A DNA stretch of 64,000 nucleotides from Nitrospirota bacterium (GTDB lineage Bacteria > Nitrospirota > UBA9217). The stretch spans positions 352,001-416,000 of the forward strand of contig CAVUCU010000005.1 in assembly GCA_963740085.1 (NCBI GenBank), written 5' to 3'. Below the pieces are notes generated by a model, which was given only the letters and a program-made list of their open reading frames with translations, searched no databases and was not told where the DNA came from. Each line of letters begins with the position of its first letter. Positions within the stretch are counted from its first letter, which is position 1. The translations under genes and the position numbers were made by a program. Below are positions 59,274-64,000 of this stretch, piece after piece.

Positions 59274-61052
59274 CTAATCCCTCTCTACGGAATTGAACTT
59301 ACAGACCTCAAAACAGGCGCCGCACCTGATACATTTTGCCGGATCGATCTTATGGGGCGTCTTCTTCGCCCCGGTGATCGCGCCTGAAGGACAGGCCTTC
59401 AGGCAGGCGCCGCAGGCCTTGCAGCGGTCCTGGCTGATGGAATAGGTCAGGAGATGTTTGCAAACCTTGGCCGGGCACTTCTTGTCCCTGATATGCGTTT
59501 CATATTCTTCGCGGAAATATTTGATCGTGCTCAGGATGGGATTTGGCGCAGTCTGGCCGAGACCGCAGAGGGACGTTGCCTTGATGCCGGCGCTTAATTT
59601 CTCAAGACGCTCGATATCACCGGTCCTGCCGTGTCCCTTGGTGATCCGGTCAAGGATCTCGAGGAGCCTCTTGGTGCCTACCCTGCAGGGGACGCATTTA
59701 CCGCATGATTCCGCCTGGGTGAACTGGATAAAGTAATGCGCCATATTCACCATGCAGTCGTCCTCATCGAGGACGATCATGCCGCCCGATCCGACGATGG
59801 AACCGACCTTGGCGAGGGACTCATAATCGACGGGCAGGTCGAGCATACTTGCCGGGATGCAGCCTCCGGAAGGGCCGCCGGTCTGGACGGCCTTCAGCGG
59901 CTTGCCGCTTTCAATACCGCCGCCGATGTCCTTGATGATCTCCCCAAGGGTGATGCCCATGGGGACCTCGATAAGGCCGGGGTTCTTGATCTTGCCGGTA
60001 AGCGCAAAGACCTTGGTCCCGCGCGACTTCTCAGTGCCGTACGCAGCGTACCATGCACACCCACGCCTGATGATAGCGGGTATGTTTGCCAGGGTTTCTA
60101 CGTTGTTGATGACCGTGGGCTGCTGCCACAGCCCTTTGTGCACCGGGAAGGGAGGTTTCGGCCTCGGCATGCCCCGCAGGCCTTCGATGGACGCGATGAG
60201 CGCTGTTTCCTCGCCGCATACGAACGCCCCGGCGCCGAGTTTGATCGTGATATCAAAATCGAAATCCGTTCCAAAAATGTTTTTTCCAAGATATCCCCGG
60301 GCCGTCGCCTGCTCCAGGCCCCGCTTCAGCCGCTCAACGGCAAGAGGGTATTCGGCCCGGATATAAACATACCCGTGGTGTGCGCCGAAAGCGTATGCGC
60401 CGATGATCATACCTTCAATGACAGCATGAGGATTTCCCTCGATCACGGCCCGGTCCATGAAGGCGCCTGGATCGCCTTCATCGGCGTTGCAGACAATATA
60501 CTTGTTTACGCCGGAAGCTTTTCTCCCCAGTTCCCACTTGAGGCCGGTGGGGAAACCCGCGCCGCCCCTGCCGCGCAGGCCCGATGATTTTATTTCTTCA
60601 ATAACATCTTCCGGGGTCCATGAGCGCAGCACCTCGTGGGCGGCTTCATAGCCTTCCACTGCACGATATGCGTCGATGTCCTCGGGATCAATCCGGCCGC
60701 AGTCGGAAAGGACCACTTTGATCTGTTTTTTGTAGAAGTCGTCATATGTGTCGTCAACCAGCCATTCCTTGACCGGCGTTCCGGCGATGATATGCTCATC
60801 CACGATCCTCTGGACCATATCGGGCTTGACGTATTGATAGACGATCTTTGCCCCGCCCCGGTGTACTTCCACCAGAACGTCGCGTGCGCAGAGACCCAGG
60901 CAGCCCACCTGGTGGGAAGAGCAGTTTTCCTTGAGCGATGCCGTTGCGCCGGATCGCGCGAGGGATTCCTTGAAGGACTCGATGACCATCCTTCCTCCCG
61001 CAGCGATCCCTGCCGGGCCCAAGCAGACGCGTATGACCGTTCCGTTATCCAA
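59274..61052 (-). CDS. NuoF/HydB-like NADH- and FMN-binding subunit with extra Fe-S domains
   Basis: GLRGRGGAGFPTG, NADEGDPGAFMDR, ESCGKCVPCR, N-terminal thioredoxin-like domain and C-terminal 2x[4Fe-4S]. Confidence 0.95.
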   Translation of the reverse strand: MDNGTVIRVCLGPAGIAAGGRMVIESFKESLARSGATASLKENCSSHQVGCLGLCARDVLVEVHRGGAKIVYQYVKPDMVQRIVDEHIIAGTPVKEWLVDDTYDDFYKKQIKVVLSDCGRIDPEDIDAYRAVEGYEAAHEVLRSWTPEDVIEEIKSSGLRGRGGAGFPTGLKWELGRKASGVNKYIVCNADEGDPGAFMDRAVIEGNPHAVIEGMIIGAYAFGAHHGYVYIRAEYPLAVERLKRGLEQATARGYLGKNIFGTDFDFDITIKLGAGAFVCGEETALIASIEGLRGMPRPKPPFPVHKGLWQQPTVINNVETLANIPAIIRRGCAWYAAYGTEKSRGTKVFALTGKIKNPGLIEVPMGITLGEIIKDIGGGIESGKPLKAVQTGGPSGGCIPASMLDLPVDYESLAKVGSIVGSGGMIVLDEDDCMVNMAHYFIQFTQAESCGKCVPCRVGTKRLLEILDRITKGHGRTGDIERLEKLSAGIKATSLCGLGQTAPNPILSTIKYFREEYETHIRDKKCPAKVCKHLLTYSISQDRCKACGACLKACPSGAITGAKKTPHKIDPAKCIRCGACFEVCKFNSVERD

Positions 61053-61512
61053 GTTCTTTTTTCCTCAGCGCCTTGATCTCTTTGATCAAGGGGTCGGCGC
61101 TCGTTTTCCCGTATACCGCGCCGTTAATAAGAACGACGGGCGCAAAACTGCAAAATCCGAGACAGGCGACCTTTTCGACCGTGAACTCCCGGTCCTGAGT
61201 GGTGTCCTCTTCCTCGGCGAGTTTCAACTCCCGCTTGAGGCTGTTCAGGATCCGCTCTGCCCCGCGAACATGGCATGCAGTGCCGCAACAGGCCGTAATT
61301 TTATTTTTCCCCGTCGGGGTCAGGCGGAACTGCGCATAAAAGGTGGCAACACCATAGAAACGGCTCGGAGCTATCGAAAGGTGTTCCGAAAAGTAATCGA
61401 CTGCTTCTCGGGGGACATACCCGAAGGCTTCCTGCGTATCCTGGAGAAGGGTGATGACGTTTCCACTCGACTGGTGGTAATGAAGGATGATTTTTTCAAG
61501 GATAGGATTCAT
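61045..61512 (-). CDS. NuoE/HydC-like [2Fe-2S] subunit
   Basis: GVATFY, CCGTACHVRG and CLGFCSFAP. Confidence 0.95.
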   Translation of the reverse strand: MNPILEKIILHYHQSSGNVITLLQDTQEAFGYVPREAVDYFSEHLSIAPSRFYGVATFYAQFRLTPTGKNKITACCGTACHVRGAERILNSLKRELKLAEEEDTTQDREFTVEKVACLGFCSFAPVVLINGAVYGKTSADPLIKEIKALRKKELG

Positions 61513-61633
61513 AAGAAATATTTACCATTTATGCCTTATCATAGGCTAAGAGATCGAGCGGGGGATGTCGGTTTTTATCCATGCCCGCTTTATTCGATAA
61601 GGATCGGATTGTTCGGATGGCTGGAACGGTTTC

Positions 61634-62065
61634 CTAATACCCGGTAATGTAATCTTTCAGGTAATGAATCTCGGAAGTGAGCTTTTTGACCTGGACCTGA
61701 ATGATATCACGGATCGACAGCATTCCCACGATCTTGTTGTTCTCCAGTACGGGCAGATGTCTGATGTTTTTTTCGACCATTACTTTAGAAATATCGTCAA
61801 GATCGTCATCCGGAACGGCAACAATGAGATCGGCGACCATGGCATCCCTGACCTTGACATCCTTAAAGATCTTTCCACCAGAAGACAAATAACACCGTAC
61901 GACGTCCCGTTCGGTGAAAATGCCGACTGTCCTTCCTTCTTCGGTGACCATGATTGCGCTGATTTTCCGGCTGTGCATTGACCGGATGGCATCCTCAACA
62001 GAACTGCCGGCATCAATGGATACGACTTTGTGCCCCTTGGTATCCAACAACGTCTGCACTTTCAT
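61634..62065 (-). CDS. CBS-pair domain protein
   Basis: GIFTERD and IRHLPV...GMLSIRD; ATG after GGAGG. Confidence 0.92.
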   Translation of the reverse strand: MKVQTLLDTKGHKVVSIDAGSSVEDAIRSMHSRKISAIMVTEEGRTVGIFTERDVVRCYLSSGGKIFKDVKVRDAMVADLIVAVPDDDLDDISKVMVEKNIRHLPVLENNKIVGMLSIRDIIQVQVKKLTSEIHYLKDYITGY

Positions 62066-62122
62066 GGTCTTCACCTCCGCTGGTTTTTATACCATTTTGA
62101 ATCGACCGCATCTCCGAGGTCA

Positions 62123-62581
62123 TCAGTAGCTGATCAGCGCCTTCATGAGCTTCTCGTTCATCGAGTGCACGTTCTTGCTCGCGCTCCGCGCGATGGTTTT
62201 CATGATCTTATACATCATCATCGTGTCGCTTTTCTCCAACGCCTTGAAGTCATCGGTCTTGAAGCAGAAGACCTCCGTGCCCTCGATCGCCGTGGCGTTC
62301 GCGCCGTGCACTTTTTTATCCTCGATCACGGACAGCTCGCCCAAAATATGGTTTTCCGCGAGGATGGCGAGCGTCTGTTTCCAGCCATCGGGCGTGTTCT
62401 TTGAAATCTCCACCTTCCCTGCCTTCACGAGGTAGATGCCCTTGGTGGGCTCTCCCTCTTTGAAGATCGGCTTCCCTTTCGGGTAGCTTTCAACGGTGAT
62501 CTTCTTCGCCATTGTTTCGAGCTCGGCATCGGTCAAATCGCTGAACAGGATCTGTTTTTTAAGTTCGGCTTTGTCAGGCAT
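62123..62581 (-). CDS. Stand-alone cyclic-nucleotide-binding domain protein
   Basis: LFSDL, IFKEGE, IYLVKAGKVEI and GELS...ANATA; no HTH. Confidence 0.88.
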   Translation of the reverse strand: MPDKAELKKQILFSDLTDAELETMAKKITVESYPKGKPIFKEGEPTKGIYLVKAGKVEISKNTPDGWKQTLAILAENHILGELSVIEDKKVHGANATAIEGTEVFCFKTDDFKALEKSDTMMMYKIMKTIARSASKNVHSMNEKLMKALISY

Positions 62582-62616
62582 TGTTACCTCCTCGATGAAT
62601 GCTACTGAATTAAAAA

Positions 62617-62714
62617 CCGAGGGACGAGGATGACCGTTCACTCCGTTCATTCGGACGAGGGGCGCACTCATTCTTGCCCTTTTTGTCCTTCATCCCTCAT
62701 CCATCATCCCTCGG
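62617..62714. repeat. Intergenic palindrome with heptamer (GAGGGAY) arms
   Basis: Left arm CCGAGGGACGAGGATGA...GGACGAGGG; reverse complement of right arm CCGAGGGATGATGGATGAGGGATGAAGGAC. Confidence 0.75.
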
Positions 62715-62717
62715 ATT

Positions 62718-64000
62718 TTATGCCTTTTCTATCCGCACCGTCGAAACTTTGAACGACGGGATCTTGGCCACCGGATCAAGCGTGGTGCTGCTCGTGAGCA
62801 CATTGGCCGCCGCTTCCTTGAAATGGAAGGGGATGAACACCACTCCCTTTGCCGGACGCTTTGATACGAGCGCTTTCACGGTTATGGAACCCCTGCGCGA
62901 GCTGACCTTCACCTTCATTCCGTTGTCGATCGACAGGTCCTTGGCATCGCCGGGGTTGATCTCGATAAAGGCCTCGGACGATATCTTGTCTATCTGCTTG
63001 ACCCGTCTCGTCATGCTTCCGGTATGGTATTGGAAAAGCAATCTGCCGGTGGTGAGAATGAATGGATAGTCTTTATCGGTCTGCTCTGCGGACGGTTTAT
63101 AGGTTACGGTGGTGAACCGGCCTTTGCCGCGCGGGAATCCGCCCTTGAACAGGAACGGTGTGCCCGGATGGTCCGTTGTGGGACAGGGCCACTGGAGACC
63201 GCCGTCTTCGAGCCTGGCATAGCTCATGCCCGCCATAGCGGGCCAGGCCTGACCGATCTCACGGAATATTTCATCGGTATGATTATAAAGCATGTCGTAG
63301 CCCATGCGTTTCGAAAGCTCCATGATGACGAGCGAGTCTTTCATCGCCATTCCCGGGGAGTTTACCGCCCTCCTGACGCGCTGCACCCGGCGCTCGGTAT
63401 TGGTGAACGTACCCACCTTTTCTGCAAAAGATGAGCCAGGCAGGACCACGTGTGCGAGCTCGGCTGTCTCGGTCATAAAGATATCCTGGACCACGAGCAG
63501 GTCGAGCGCCTTGAGCGCCTTGAGCGTATGCGTAGTGTTGGGATCCGAAACCGCGGGGTTCTCGCCCATGATGTACAGGGCCTTGAGCAGGCCCTTTTCA
63601 GCGGCCGGCAGCATCTCGGTGGCGGTCAAGCCCTCCTTGTCGGAGAGCTTCGCCTTCCAAAGGGCCTCGAATTTCTCTTTGATCGCCGGGATGTTTACCC
63701 TCTGGTACCCCGGGTACAGGTTCGGGATGCAGCCCATGTCAGTGGCGCCCTGGACATTGTTCTGGCCACGGAGCGGGTTCACGCCCGCGCCTTCCTTGCC
63801 GAGATTCCCGGTCATGAGTGCGAGGTTGGCAATGGAGAACACGTTCTCCGTACCGTGAGCATGCTGCGTGATACCCATGGTGTAATAGATGCCGGCTTTA
63901 TCCGATGATCCGTACATGCGGGCGGCCCTGATGATCGTGTCTTCCGGAACGCCCGTGATCTTCGATACAGCCTCGGGCGTGTACTCTTCCAGGTTCTTCC
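62718..64000 (-). CDS. Second formate dehydrogenase alpha subunit, C-terminal part (5' end outside window)
   Basis: MGITQH, PLRGQNNVQG, GTFTNTERRVQ and TTGR...HTGSMTRR; frame open to the window edge. Confidence 0.92.
   Translation of the reverse strand, partial: KNLEEYTPEAVSKITGVPEDTIIRAARMYGSSDKAGIYYTMGITQHAHGTENVFSIANLALMTGNLGKEGAGVNPLRGQNNVQGATDMGCIPNLYPGYQRVNIPAIKEKFEALWKAKLSDKEGLTATEMLPAAEKGLLKALYIMGENPAVSDPNTTHTLKALKALDLLVVQDIFMTETAELAHVVLPGSSFAEKVGTFTNTERRVQRVRRAVNSPGMAMKDSLVIMELSKRMGYDMLYNHTDEIFREIGQAWPAMAGMSYARLEDGGLQWPCPTTDHPGTPFLFKGGFPRGKGRFTTVTYKPSAEQTDKDYPFILTTGRLLFQYHTGSMTRRVKQIDKISSEAFIEINPGDAKDLSIDNGMKVKVSSRRGSITVKALVSKRPAKGVVFIPFHFKEAAANVLTSSTTLDPVAKIPSFKVSTVRIEKA

Overview
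A 64-kb chromosomal segment from a GC-rich (roughly 55-60%, by eye) anaerobic Gram-negative bacterium. Gene order and protein types suggest Nitrospirota or Desulfobacterota (inference). Left end: a flavoprotein / Fe-S / geranylgeranyl-reductase-family operon, mscS, and a PepSY + TolC/MFP/RND + two-component efflux locus with several gene remnants. Middle: housekeeping genes (hrpB, panC, argGH, lysA-dapF-dapA-dapB-dapL, folK, dppBC-like permeases, rsmA, gmhA, atpBE, gltX, pdxA) and a small accessory patch ending in an attC-like site. Right end: a B12 radical SAM gene and a C1 locus with fhs, a selenocysteine formate dehydrogenase (in-frame UGA plus SECIS), HydB/HydC-like partner subunits, CBS and cNMP-binding proteins, and a second, partial FDH alpha gene. 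The most unusual non-coding signal is about 13 intergenic imperfect palindromes whose arms are built from 7-, 8- or 9-bp tandem units. They share architecture but not sequence and occupy most gene junctions of the arg/lys operon. No rRNA, tRNA, CRISPR array, integrase or transposase gene was recognised. All family assignments come from motif recognition by eye, not database searches.
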